Positions 24,620 to 36,912 of a DNA stretch of 64,000 nucleotides are shown piece after piece. Position numbers and translations under genes: made by a program. Source of the stretch: Mobula hypostoma (lineage: Eukaryota); contig NC_086118.1 of the NCBI RefSeq assembly GCF_963921235.1, positions 13,270,001 through 13,334,000 on the forward strand, read 5' to 3'. Each line of letters opens with the position of its first letter. The stretch's first letter is position 1. A model generated the notes under the pieces. The model had not been told where the DNA came from. It saw nothing but the letters and a program-made list of their open reading frames with translations, and searched no databases.

Positions 24620-27600
24620 CCGGTTGGGAGATCCTCCACCTGGGCCTGGCTCCAACTGTTGGGCAGCCCTAAGCTCTGTCTTTATTCCCCAAGTCACTAC
24701 AGCAGCAATGCACAAGCAAAGGAGAATGGGCTCTGGATTGGCATTGGCATCAGAGATGTCAAAATGATGGGACAGAGCATCTCCCTTCATGTTCTTGCTG
24801 CCAGGAAGGTAGTTGAGGGTGAAATTAAACCGGCTGAAGAAGACAGCCCAACAGACTTGGTGGGATTTGAGTCTCCTGATATTCTGAATGTAGGAGAGTC
24901 TCTTGTGGTCTGTCCATATCAGACACGGGTGCTCAGCCCACTCCAGCCAGTGTCACCATGCTTCCATGGCCTCCCTGATGCCAGAATTTCTCAGTTCCCA
25001 ACATTGTAATTACACTCAGCAAGAGTTAGGTGATGGAGAAGAAATGCACAGGGGTGCAGCAGATTATCCACAAAAAAAGCGCTGAGGGAGTACAGCTCCA
25101 TTACCGACCTCTGATCCATTGACCTAAACAATGAATGGACAGCATGGGCCTGAATGTTGCAGCACCAGTACCGCTTTGATAAGTTCTGAGAAAGTTTGGT
25201 CTACTTTATTTGTCCATAGGGATCCTGAAGATGTCTTCTTGGTGTCTGCATTAATAGGTGTCGCGATGGAACCAAAATTTCTGATGAAGCAGCAATAACA
25301 GTTTGCAAATCCCATGAAGCCCTTCACCTGTTTGGGCCACTCTGTGACTGCCTGAAATGTATATAGGTCCATTTGAACATTGGAAGGGGTGAGGATATAG
25401 ACCAAGTACGACACCTGCATCTTTGGGTAACTCACACTTTCCTGACTTGGCATATAGGTTGTTCTTGTCGAGCTCCTGAGAATCCTCTTGACATGCAGAA
25501 TGTGTTCCAGGCAAGAGCGGCAATAGGTAAGAAGGTCAACCAAATGCACAAGAAGAAACTGATTCAACATGTCCTGGAGCACCTCATTGACCAGGGCCTA
25601 AAAAACAGCAGAGACATTGTCCAGACCAAACAACATTAACAGGTACACATAGTTGCCAGTGGAGGTCTTGACTGCTGTTTTCTACTTGTGCCCTTCTTGA
25701 ATATGAACCAGGTTTGAGATTGTGAATATATACCTTGGAGAATATAGCTGCTCCTTAGAGATGTTCAAACACAGCAGCAAGCAGGGGAAGAGGGTAGCGA
25801 TTCTTCACTGTGAAGTTGTTGAGGGGCCAATAATCATCGCAGTGATGGAGCTTGCCGTCCTTCTTGCCCACAAGCTGGCCCCCGCTGGCAGGGTTGACAG
25901 AGGGATAAATCCTAAGGTCAATGTATTATTCAATGTCCATCGATTCAGTACAATAGAGAAAAAAGAGACAGTCCCGGGGAGGACTCATACCAGCGAAGGG
26001 ACAATGGTACAGTCGCATAGCTGGCGTGGAGGGAGGGTTGTGATTTTTTTCTTACTGAAGATCTTAAGAAGGTCAGCATATTCAGCCGGAACACTAGAGA
26101 AGTCCACGCTAGCAGTTGACGCAGGAGGGGAGATGCTGATAAAGGCTTGAGCTGGACCTAGACATGCAGGTCCCCACTCTTTGAGTGCCTTCAGGGACAT
26201 ATCGATCTGCGGGTTGTGTCAAGATAGCCAGGGAAGGTCAAGCAGCAGCGGCAGTTCATGTTAATCACCAACATAGAACAATTGTTTCCTATGGTTGCTT
26301 TCATGCATAGTTGGAGGGGTTCAGTAGAAAGGTACATCTTACCGATGCCCAGTGGCCAACATGGATATTCTTTCTCAACTGTTGTGTTGGAGCTCTCCAT
26401 TGTTGAGTCAAAGAGATGTCCATGAGGTTCCCAGTTGCCCCAGAGTTAAAAAAAATGCCTGAAGCTCATGGGACTGGGACCGTCCCACCATGACCGAGAA
26501 GCTGGGAGCATGACATGATTAAGGGAGGATGCTTGCAAAGAGAATCCTCCTCCTTGCTGATGGGTATCCTCCTTTACTGGGTGCATGGGATGATTCCCAG
26601 ATTAGTACTGGATCACAACACAGGAGACTGGAACTTGCTCTCCTGAACCACTCTCATTTCTCCTGAAATAGGTGCAAAAGGTCAATCTGCTTAAGCTCCT
26701 CTGTGGACTAGGTACTCGGTGATGAGGGAGAGGGGGGAGACAAATGGTGATCTAAGGAATAGGAAGCTCAGGGGAGTCTTTCTCTGTGCTACTCAGTTGC
26801 CCAGTTGTCAAATTGAATGGTCAGGTTTGGAGGTCATCCAGGCTGTCCTGTTTGTCACACACTTTAATCTCATGCTGGACCTTGTGCTCTGCCCATCCTG
26901 GAAAGCAGTGATGAAGGATCTCTTGTTCCACCCCATCTCAACCGCAAGCGTGTGGAATTTTACTGCATGGTCCCTCACTGTCCCCTTTTCCTTGGCACAA
27001 GTTCGGGAGTCAGTGGGCTGCCTCCTGACCATGTATTGGAAGATCAAGCACTCTCTTGAACTCAACCACAAATCACTGGAAGAATTGGGCTGCGGTTGAA
27101 ATTTACTCTCGTAGAGTTTTGAACAGCCTGAGTGGGGGCCCATCTAAGCGATTCACCTTGCAAGGCAATTCACATGCAGAATCACCGAACTCACCTGGCT
27201 GGGCTTGGACAGTCAGCCCACACTTGGTAATAAAGTTCCTACAGCCATCGGGGTCAATGTAGTACCTGCCCAGTGGAGGAATGCTCAACTCTGATCTGGA
27301 AACTGCTCAGGGAATTGGGGCATTACTGGCTGGGGTTGAGGAGGTTAGATTAGATTAGATTGATGGTGACCGAGAATGCGGCTGCTGAATTGGAGTTGTG
27401 GGAACGGTTGGCTGCAACCTGTTTCTGACCATCAGTAGTGAGCTGAAGTGTACTGTTATGGCCCAAGTGCAGAGGGACAGACTCTGAAGCAGATGAAAGG
27501 TTCCCTGACTTCAATATGCACTGAGCAGAATGAAAGGAAAAAACAATAAATACTCGCCTGACAGGGCCTTTAACTAAAACCCTCGGACTGAAAGCCAACA

Positions 27601-27660
27601 CCGGCTCGGTGGTCTGGAAGCAGAACCTAACATGAACTAACTACCGCTCCTTTACAGTGC
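24620..27660 (-). mobile_element. Decayed Gypsy/Ty3 (sushi-like) LTR retrotransposon: gag, protease, RT, RNase H; 3' part truncated
   Basis: gag PDGCRNFITKC and TVRDHAVKFHTLAVEMGWN. Protease NSGATGNLMD (~26420-26450). RT LPPRQLCDCTI, LQDMLNQF, GFMGFANCYCCFIRNF. RNase H downstream region WGIKTELRAAQQLEPGPGG. LTR-like sequence from ~27454. Confidence 0.85.
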
Positions 27661-30220
27661 CAATCAGAATGGTAGTCTGGTAGATAGAGACCGCAGCAGT
27701 TTGTGTATGTTGCTCAGGATTTCCAGCATCTGCAGATTCTCTTCTGTTTATGACTTTTTGCTCCACTGCAATGTCTTTTTCCAGGGAAAGGTGGTTGTAT
27801 ACCCTCTTGTCAGAGATGGTCATTGACTGGCACTTCCACACTATAAATGTTACTTGCCAGTTAGCAGACAGTGTCTAAAGGTTGCATTGTTCTTGCTGCA
27901 TGCAGGAATGGCAATTTCATTTTCTGAGAAGCTACAAATGTACTTAAACATCGTGCATTCATCAACAGAGAGCCACACTTCTGACACGAGAGACTGAAGA
28001 AGCTGGAAATTGGGAGCAACACTCAAAATGCTGTCGAAACTCGGGCAGCATCTATGGAAGGAAATCGACAGTCAATGATTCTGATCAAGATCCTTCATCA
28101 GAAGTAGATAAAATAGGGATGATAACCCCATTTCTGATTTCTCTTTGACCACAGCTTTGGTCATCTGCCTTAACAATGACTTGTTTGGCTCAGTGATAAC
28201 ATTTTTTAGATATGCTATGGACATGTTCCACACCATTAAAGATGCAATGAACGTACAAGTAGTTGTCACAGTTTGTAAACTGCTGAGCACTGTGAAGCTA
28301 TTCTACACAGTAGATACCAAGCTAATCAGCAAAACAATAACTACACATCTCTACATATGATGAATGTTTTTAAAAATGAATGTCTGATTTTGGACTGTTG
28401 GTATCTTTTAGAAAGCTGACTATTTCAATACTGAGCCATAAATTGGATTGTCAAAACACAATGAGATGAAAAAAAATGGAGCAGATTCAATTATGTATAT
28501 CTTTTTCTAAGGAAGTGAAAGGCTGTTTTGTCAAGCACAAACATCACTTTCTCTTGATAAAGATTGGCTGGAACTTTACATACAACAACTGATATACAAA
28601 TAGTGCATTTTAAAGTGCTGACCAGGATTTAACAAGTTTCAAACCATCCAAGACAAATCTATCCTTTCTCAAAATCAGCACAAAATAACCCAGATTGAAA
28701 CTTGATTGTTAAGGAGAGGCCATAGTCTTTCCTGTAATTATACTTCTAAAGGATTGACAACATTTAAATTTCAAAAGAAAGTGTAATGTGCCCAAGAGGT
28801 CTTTGAGTAAAGGTAACTGTGGACATGTCACACTGATTTTCTTTGGTTTCTTTCCTGCTGAGAGTATTCTAAACCCATGGCAGTCTATTCAACAATGGGA
28901 GCCAATACTCTTTTTCTTACCTTCTTTCTGTACATACACTTCTATTCGTAATTATTTAATGTAGGTCAAAAGTTATAATTCTCTTCAAATAATGAAAGGA
29001 ATATTCTTTACTTAGTTTGCTTCACTAAGGTGAATTTCTGATTGGGATTGGCTATCTGCATGCAGTCTTATAAGTGGACAAAGATCTTCCTTCTCTTTGT
29101 GGCCCAACAGCTTGATTCCTTAATTATCAAGGCGACCAGGGTAAATTAATGTGTTCCCTTAAGCATGTTCTTCAGAATCCAAATGGAGCGTAAGATTGTG
29201 CCAGCTGCTGGACACTAATTGGGCATTTGAATTGAAAAACACTTTTGACTCTTGCCTAATCAATGCATTGAGGATGTGTGCCAACATTAGATGTCATAAA
29301 ACACTATTCCGCCAATAGTAGAAGAGCAGCTTCTGCTAACAGTCTTGCATGAGATAGCACCGGGGGTGAAACTTAAAGAATCATTTCCTCTTCATAAATC
29401 CACTTTAGGATAGTGTATCTAAGGAGTCTTTGTTATGTCAGATTCTGAATCAGAATCAAGCTTAATATTACTGGCATATGTTGCTTTGCAGGAGGAGTGC
29501 AGTTTTAGTATATAATTAAATTAAAAATTAATTAAGCAGTGCAAAGAAAAAGAGAAAATAACAGTGAGGAAGTGTATCTCCTTCCAGATTAATCCCATTA
29601 GAGCAATAGACTACTTTAACCAGTCTTACCTCTAGTCTATGAAAGATTCAAAGTTTCAGTATTCACTTTCAGACCTGTAACCCCAACAAATACTCACTCT
29701 GATAACTTGTTACACCTTTCTCATACTTGGCTAACTATTGATGTTCTGTGCTTGCTTTATGAATGGAGTATGCCATTGAATCACAACGATATGAGTCAAT
29801 ATAATGATTATATCTACATTCCACAAATTTGAATTAGGATTTAGTGGTGGTAGAGAAAGAGGCAGCATAAGTATGGGGAAATTATTAAAATTGCAACAAT
29901 ACCTGCAGTTGGAATGTAAATGTTTAGGATTTATAATCTGGTACAGAGTTTCTACCTGAGACAAATCTTTATGGTGGTGATTTCTCATATAAAGTAATTT
30001 TTTTTACATTTTACTGAGTATAGAGTACGTGCCTTGGCTCACATTTCCTTGAATATTTTGTGCAAGTAAATAAATCCTTCTGACAGGGTCAATATATGTC
30101 AGCAATTAGCTTCAACTCTAGAAAGGGGTGAATCTTTAATGTGCTCACATGAGATTCCTTTGCTGTTGCCTTAATAATGAACAGTTATTTTTTAGATGGG
30201 GTTATGCCATAACCAAAAAT

Positions 30221-33200
30221 ACATAGTCATAGTCATAGTCATAGTCATAGACATACTTTATTGATCCCGGGGGAAATTGGTTTTCATTACAGTTGCACTA
30301 TAAATAATAAATAGTAATAGAACCATAAATAGTTAAATAGTAATATGTAAATTATGCCAGTAAATTATGAAATAAGTCCAGGACCAGCCTATTGGCTCAG
30401 GATGTCTGACCCTCCAAGGGAGGAGCTGTAAAGTTTGATGGCCACAGGCAGGAATGACTTCCTATGACGCTCTGTGCTGCATCTCGGTGGAATGAGTCTC
30501 TGGCTGAATGTACTCCTGTGCCCAACCAGTACATTATGTAGTGGATGGGAGACATTGTCCAAGATGGCATGCAACTTAGACAGCATCCTCTTTTCACACA
30601 CCACCGTGAGAGATTCCAGTTCCATCCCCACAACATCCCTGGCCTTACAAGTGAGTTTGTTGATTCTGTTGGTGTCTGCTACCCTCAGCCTGCTGCCCCA
30701 GCACACAACAGCAAACATGATAGCACTGGCCATCACAGACTCGCAGAACATCCTCAGCATCGTCCGGCAGATGTTAAAGGACCTCAGTCTCCTCAGGAAA
30801 TAGAGACGACTCTGACCCTTCTTGTAGACAGCCTCAGTGTTCTTTGACCAGTCCAGTTTATTGACAATTCGTATCCCCAGGTATTTGTAATCCTCCACCA
30901 TGTCCACACTGACCCCCTGGATGGAAACATGGGTCACCGGTACCTTAGCTCTCCTCAGGCCTACCACCAGCTCCTTAGTCTTTTTCACATTAAGCTGCAG
31001 ATAATTCTGCTCACACCATGTGACAAAGTTTCCTACTGTAGCCCTGTACTCAGCCTCATCTCCCTTGCTGATGCATCCAACTACGGCAGAGTCATCAGAA
31101 AACTTCTGAAGATGACAAGACTCTGTGCAGTAGTTGAAGTCCAAGGTGTAAATGGTGAAGAGAAAGGGAGACAAGACAGTCCCCTGTGGAGCCCCAGTGC
31201 TGCTGATCACTCTGTCGGACACACAGTGTTGCAAGTACACGTACTGTGGTCTGCCAGTCAGGTAATCAAGAATCCATGACACCAGGGAAGCATCCACCTG
31301 CATTGCTGTCAGCTTCTCCCCCAGCAGAGCAGGGCAGATGGTGTTGAATACACTGGAGAAGTCAAAAAACATGACCCTCACAGTGCTCACTGGCTTGTCC
31401 AGGTGGGCTTAGACACGGTTCAGCAGGTAGACGATGGCATCCTCAACTCCTAGTCGGGGCTGGTAGGCGAACTAGGGGGGATCTAAGTGTGGCCTGACCA
31501 TAGGCCGGAGCAGCTCCAGAACAAGTCTCTCCAGGGTCTTCATGATGTGGGAGGTCAATGCCACTGGCCTGTAGTCATTGAGGCCGCTGGGGCGCGGCGT
31601 CTTCGGCACAGGGACGAGGCAGGACGTCTTCCACAATACAGGAACCCTCCAGAACCTCAGGCTCAGGTTGAATACATGGCAAAGTACTTCACGTAGCTGA
31701 GGGGCACAGGCTTTGAGCACCCTGGTACTGACACCATCCGGTCCTGCAGCCTTGCTTGGGTTGAGACGTTTCAGCTGTCTTCTCACCTGTTCAGCTGTGA
31801 AGCCCACCGTGGTGGTTTCGTGTGGGGAAGGGGTATAGTCATGAGAGCAGGGTGGGGGACTGTGAGGAGTGGTAGGAGGGGAGAGTGGAATATGTGTTGG
31901 TTGGGGGCCGACAACAGATGGCTCATGTGGGGGATGGGCAGGGGCCACAATGTCAAATCTGTTAAAGAACAGGTTAAGTTCATTGGTCCTGTCCACACTG
32001 CCTTCAGCTCCTCTGTTGCTGGTTTGCCGAAACCCAGTGATGGTCCTCATCCCCCTCCAGACCTCTCTCATGTTGTTCTGCTGGAGTTTCCACTCAAGCT
32101 TCCTCCTGTACTTGTCTTTAGCCTCCCTGATCCTGGCTTTCAGGTCACTCTGTATTGCCCTCAGCTCCTCCTTATTTCCATCTCTAAACGCCCTCTTTTT
32201 AGTGTTCAGGATGTCCTTAATGTCCATTGTCACCCATGGCTTGTTATTTGAATAACAATGGACAGTTCTTGTCGGAACATTGCAGTCCACACAGAAGTTG
32301 ATGTAATCAGTGATGCACTCTGTAAGCCATCAATATCCTCTCCATGTGGCTCACAGAGTGCCTGCCAGTCTGTCACCTCAAAACAACCCTGGAGCAACTC
32401 ATAAGCCTCCTCTGACCATTTCCTCACTGTCCTCGAGGTTGCAGGTTTACTCTTCACCAGAGGCACGTAGCAGGGTTTTAGATGCACCAGGTTGTGATCT
32501 GACCTTCCCAGTAGGGGGAGGGGAGAGGAGCTGTATGCATCCTTAACGTTAGCGTACATCAAATCCAGAGTCCTCTTCCCTCTGGTTGTGCAGCTCACAT
32601 ACTACGTGAAGTTGGGCAGTGTTCTAGCCATGGTAACCTGGTTAACGTCACCCGAGATGGTAAGGAGGGCACTCGGGTGCTGGGTTTGTAATCTGGCTAT
32701 GACGGTGTAAATGATGTTACACACCGACGTCGGGTTTGCAGAGGGAGGGACGTACACAACAACCACAATTGTATGCGAGATTTCCCTTGGCAAATAATAT
32801 GGCCGGAGTCAAACAGCAAAAAGTTCAATATCCGGGCTACAGACACGTTCCTTGATCTTAATATGCCCAGGATTGCACCATCTGTTATTTACCAGAACCG
32901 CCAGCCCCCCTCCTTTACGCTTACTGCTCTCAGTGCAATTCCGGTCAGCTCGAACGGTCTGGAAGCCCTCTATGGAAACGCTTTGATTGGGTATGTCCTC
33001 GTGCAGCCACATTTCAGTGAAGCACATGACACTGCTCTCCTGAAATGTTCTCTGACTCCAGACAAGCGCCATCAGTTCATCCATTTTATTCCCCAGCGAT
33101 CTCACACTTCCCATGATGAGGGAGGGGAGACATGGCTTATAACTTCTCTTCTCCATAAGCCTCTGTTGTCTCGACCCGGTCCTCTTCCCTCACCTTTTTG

Positions 33201-33285
33201 ATCCCCCTCTGCATCCTCTGTGTGTTTTCCTCCAGATTTCAGCCGGGATGTCCGCTGCTCTGTTCACTAAACCAGTGGGCATGAG
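30221..33285 (-). mobile_element. Near-full-length Rex1/Babar-type LINE (APE and RT), lightly decayed
   Basis: GSVRSLGNKMDEL, CFTEMWL, VYVPPSAN, TRGKRTLDLMY, SDHNLVHL, YRPVALTSHIMKTLERL, FFDFSSVFNTI, STGAPQGTVLSPFLF, KFSDDS, RLYFLRRL. (ACTATG)n tail at 30222-30250. Possible AAAAAT TSD. Confidence 0.93.
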
Positions 33286-33740
33286 AAAAAATGTAAGCTG
33301 AACTTAATGAAAGGCAGACTGCGGCTACAATTTTTTAATATAGAACACTTTAAATTTAAATCCTCCCCTACAGCTTGACAAGATTGTGGTCAAACAACAA
33401 AAAACAAGGTGTGGTTTGGACCTGTAAGAAGTGGGCTGGACTATAGAGAGTGTGAATTCAACTCTTCAAGATGTGTACTGAACAACATACACAAAATGTT
33501 GCAGAAGCAGGTGACGTAGCATCTATGGAGAGGAATACACTGTAGATGCTTCAGACTGAGACCCTTCATCAGAACTTTGTACTGAAATATCTGGAGTGTT
33601 TATTTGATTAATTATGACATTTAATGGATTTGGGATAGTGTGTGTAAGTCTAGCCACAATGTTTATTATCCTAATGTGTGTGTATTTACAACTAGAGGAA
33701 ACGTATAGAACCTGTGGAAAAATGAGGGCCTAGCGCATGT

Positions 33741-34776
33741 ACGAGGAAACCTGCAGATGCTGGAAATTCAATCAACACACACAAAAAATGCTGGTGAACA
33801 CAGCAGGCCACAGCAGCATCTATAGGAAGTTTTACAGTCGACGTTTCGGGCCGAGACCCTTCGTCAGGACTAACTGAAAGAAGAGATAGTAAGAGATTTG
33901 AGAGGGGGAGGGGGACATCCGAAATGATGGGAGAAGACAGGAGGGGGAGCGATGGAGCTAAGAGCTGGAAAGTTGATTGGCAAAAGGGATACCAGGTTGG
34001 AGAAGGGAGAGGATCATGGGATGGGATGCCTAGGGAGAAAGAAAGCGGGGGGAGGGAGCCCAGAGGATGGGCAAGGAGTTATAGTGAGAGGGACAGAGGG
34101 AGAAAAAAAGGGGAAAACTAACTAACTAAATAAATAAATAAATAAATAACAGATGGGGTACGAAGGGGAGGTAGTGCATTAACAGAAGTTAGAGAAGTCA
34201 ATGTTCATGCCATCAGGTTGTTGCTACCCAGAAGGAATATAAGGTGTTGTTCTTCCAACCTGAGTGTGGCTTCATCTTTACAGTAGAGGAGGCCGTGGAT
34301 AGACATATCAGAATGGGAATGGGATGTGGAATTAAAATGTGTGGCCACTGGGAGATCCTGCTTTCTCTGGCGGACAGAACGTAAGTGTTCAGCAAAATGG
34401 TCTCCCAGCCTGCGTCGCGTCTCGCTAATATAAAGAAGGCAGCATCGGGAGCTCCCTCTGTCCCTCCCACTATAACTCCTTGCCAATCGTCTGGGTTTCC
34501 CCCCCTTTCTTTCTCCCTCGGCCTACCGTCCCATGATCCTCTCCCTTCTCCAGCCTGGTATCCCTTTTGCCAGTCAACTTTCCAGCTCTTAGATCCATCC
34601 CTCCCCCTCCTGTCTTCTCCTATCATTTCAGATCTCCCCCTCCCCCTTTCAAATCTCTTACTATCTCTTCTTTCAGTTAGTTCTGATGAAGGGTCTTGGC
34701 CTGAAATATGGACTGTACCTCTTCCTATAGATGCTGCCTGGCCTGCTGCATTCATCAGAAATTTTTGTGTGTGTAA
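33741..34776 (-). mobile_element. Penelope-like element: minus-strand GIY-YIG and pLTR joined to an inverted pLTR copy
   Basis: LLYISETRRRLGDHFAEHLRSVRQ. Inversion junction near 34452. TSD CTAGCGCATGT (33730-33740) and CTAGTGCATGT (34777-34787). Confidence 0.92.
33835..33872 (-). ncRNA. Minimal type I hammerhead ribozyme motif (PLE-borne), core intact
   Basis: Minus strand reads UAGUC-CUGACGA-A-GGGUCUCGGCCC-GAA-ACGU-C-GACUG: conserved CUGAnGA and GAAA boxes, helix II, a palindromic ACGU in place of helix III, and a GUC cleavage triplet. Confidence 0.8.
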
Positions 34777-34789
34777 CTAGTGCATGTGT

Positions 34790-35390
34790 TACTTGACTGG
34801 TCACAATGTGTTTTGGAGCATGGAATCAATAATATCATTACACTGGGCTAACAAACCTCTAACAAGAGTTTGCTGAATGTGTGTATTGCAGTAATAATGA
34901 ATATTATTGGATTAGCAAGGCTTTGCATTGGACTATTTAGTATCTGTATTGGGTTGCTAACAGTTTGCATTGGGATGTCACTGTACAATGAAAGTGTGTT
35001 TTGATGTCGTGAGGGACGTGCTTTGGGTTAGTGAAAGTGTATGTCACGCAAGCAAAAGTGTGCATTGGACTAATGAAAATGAACATTGATCTAGTGAAGT
35101 TGTGCATTGTATTGGAGAAAGTGTGTACTAAATTAGTGAAGGTGCCCCTTGGGTTTGTGGCAACTCATACTGGACTAGTGAAGGTATGCATTACATTATC
35201 AAAAGTGTGTCTTGGACTAGCGAAAATATGCATTGGACAAGTCAAGATATAAAATTGGTTGAGTGAAAATGTGCATTGGGTTGATGAAGCTGTATGCTGA
35301 ACTAAGAATGTTGTATGTTAGTTGAGTATGTGCATACATTAGACAAGTGTGAGTTTGCATTGGGTTATTAAGGCTGTGCTTTACATTGTG
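34790..35390. repeat. Degenerate 21-bp minisatellite (approximate consensus GAAAGTGTGCATTGGACTAGT)
   Basis: Units such as gaaaatatgcattggacaagt, gaaaatgtgcattgggttgat, aaaagtgtgtcttggactagc. The ORF at 35031-35252 shows 7-aa periodicity. Confidence 0.75.
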
Positions 35391-36445
35391 ATGTTGTGTA
35401 TTCTGTGTGTAAGCCACTAAATAAGATAGCAATCAGAGCCTCAATGGCAACATTGGAAACCTGTTCTCACCAGGTAAAATCTGATTTCAAACAGATAGAT
35501 GCCTTGTCTGTTCAGAGGAGTAGGTTTAAGATATAAGAACAAAGGCTGATGTGATATGTGTGAAAAACAGATCACAACAAAATATAAATGCTAAAGAATG
35601 ATGGCACGAGAGTACTGTGTGTGTGTGTTTCTGTGTGCCACTCTGCAGAGAGGATATACTTTGGATATTCTTTGGAAGAAGGATAGTGAAGATGCTTCAG
35701 AATGTTACCAGTCATCTGAGAGCCAGATTACAAGGAGAGATAATATTAACTAAACTGTGAACTCTATAATTCAACCATCTGTCTTTCTGTCTTGATTCCA
35801 TATGTATCCATATTGTGCAAAAAGAAAAAATCTTTAAATTTTTCATTTAAGTTAATATTAATTAACTCTATTCTGGGAATGATTTCCACACTTCCGAGTA
35901 TGCCCTTGTGAATGATTGAGCAGTCATTTTCTGGATTGCGGTAGAATTCCAGCATCTCCATGACCAAAAGCACCAGCACGTACCATGCATACTATCAGGT
36001 CTATTCAAGCTATGCCATCATTTTGCAGCTACCATTGGGCGGGAGGTGCTACACCACCAGGTTCCAGAACAGCTATTCCCCTTTGAGCAATTGGTTCTTG
36101 AACCAGCTTTCACCACTACAATTTAGCAACAGTTTGATCACTTTGCACTAAAATGGTTTTTATTTGTTCTAATTGTGTTTTTCTCTTGTAAGCATTGTGT
36201 ATAATTTATATTTAATTTATTGTTTTCTTGTGAATTCTGCTTATATGATGCTACGAGTCTGTGATGCTGCTGCAAGTTAATTTTTTATTGTACAAGTGTC
36301 CCCCGCTTTTCGAACGTTCGCTTTACGAAACCTCACTGTTACGAAAGACCTACATTAGTTCCCTGTTTTCGCTTTCAGAAGGTGCTTTCACTGTTATGAA
36401 AAAGAAATCAGCTCGCGATAAAAAATCAGCGCGCGATAAAAGGCA

Positions 36446-36912
36446 AACAACAGGAATTCTGCAGATGCTGGAAATTCAAGCAACACACATCAAAGTTGCT
36501 GGTGAACGCTGCAGGCCAGGCAGCATTCTAGGAAGAGGTACAGTCGACATTTCAGTCCGAGACCCTTCGTCAGGACTAATGGAAGGAAGAACGAGTAAGA
36601 GATTTGAAAGTGGGAGGGGGAGGGGGAGATCCAAAATGATAGGAGAAGACGGGAGGGGGAGGGATGGAGCTAAGAGCTGGACAGATCCTCTCATATCCCT
36701 TTTGCCAATCACCTGTCCAGCTGTTGGCTCCATCCCTCCCCTTCCTGTCTTCTATCATTTCGGATCTCCCACACCCCTCCTGCTTTCAAATCTCTTACTA
36801 ACTCTTCCTTCAGTTAGTCCTGACGAAGGCTCTCGGCCCGAAACGTCGACTGTACCTCTTCCTAGAGATGCTACCTGGCCTGCTGCGTTCACCAGCAACT
36901 TTGATGTGTATT
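36446..36912. mobile_element. Penelope pLTR fold-back insert (two inverted halves) inside the Tigger
   Basis: Minus half 36446-~36682 and plus half ~36683-36912. TSD GCGCGATAAAAGG(C/A)A at 36431-36445 and 36913-36927. Confidence 0.9.
36815..36852 (+). ncRNA. Minimal hammerhead ribozyme motif, core intact
   Basis: TAGTC-CTGACGA-A-GGCTCTCGGCCC-GAAACGTC-GACTG, with one substitution in helix II. Confidence 0.7.

Noticed and set aside
24620..27660. Domesticated PEG10/RTL1-like gene
   Set aside because: There are numerous stops and frameshifts throughout gag and pol.
29090..29146. Possible 30-nt plus-strand micro-exon (cag|CTTGAT...ACCAGG|gtaaat)
   Set aside because: It is isolated, has no partner exons or homology, and such splice-like matches are expected by chance.
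34790..35390. CRISPR-like array or coiled-coil gene
   Set aside because: Contiguous diverged units with no spacers, no cas genes, eukaryotic context, and stops within the array.
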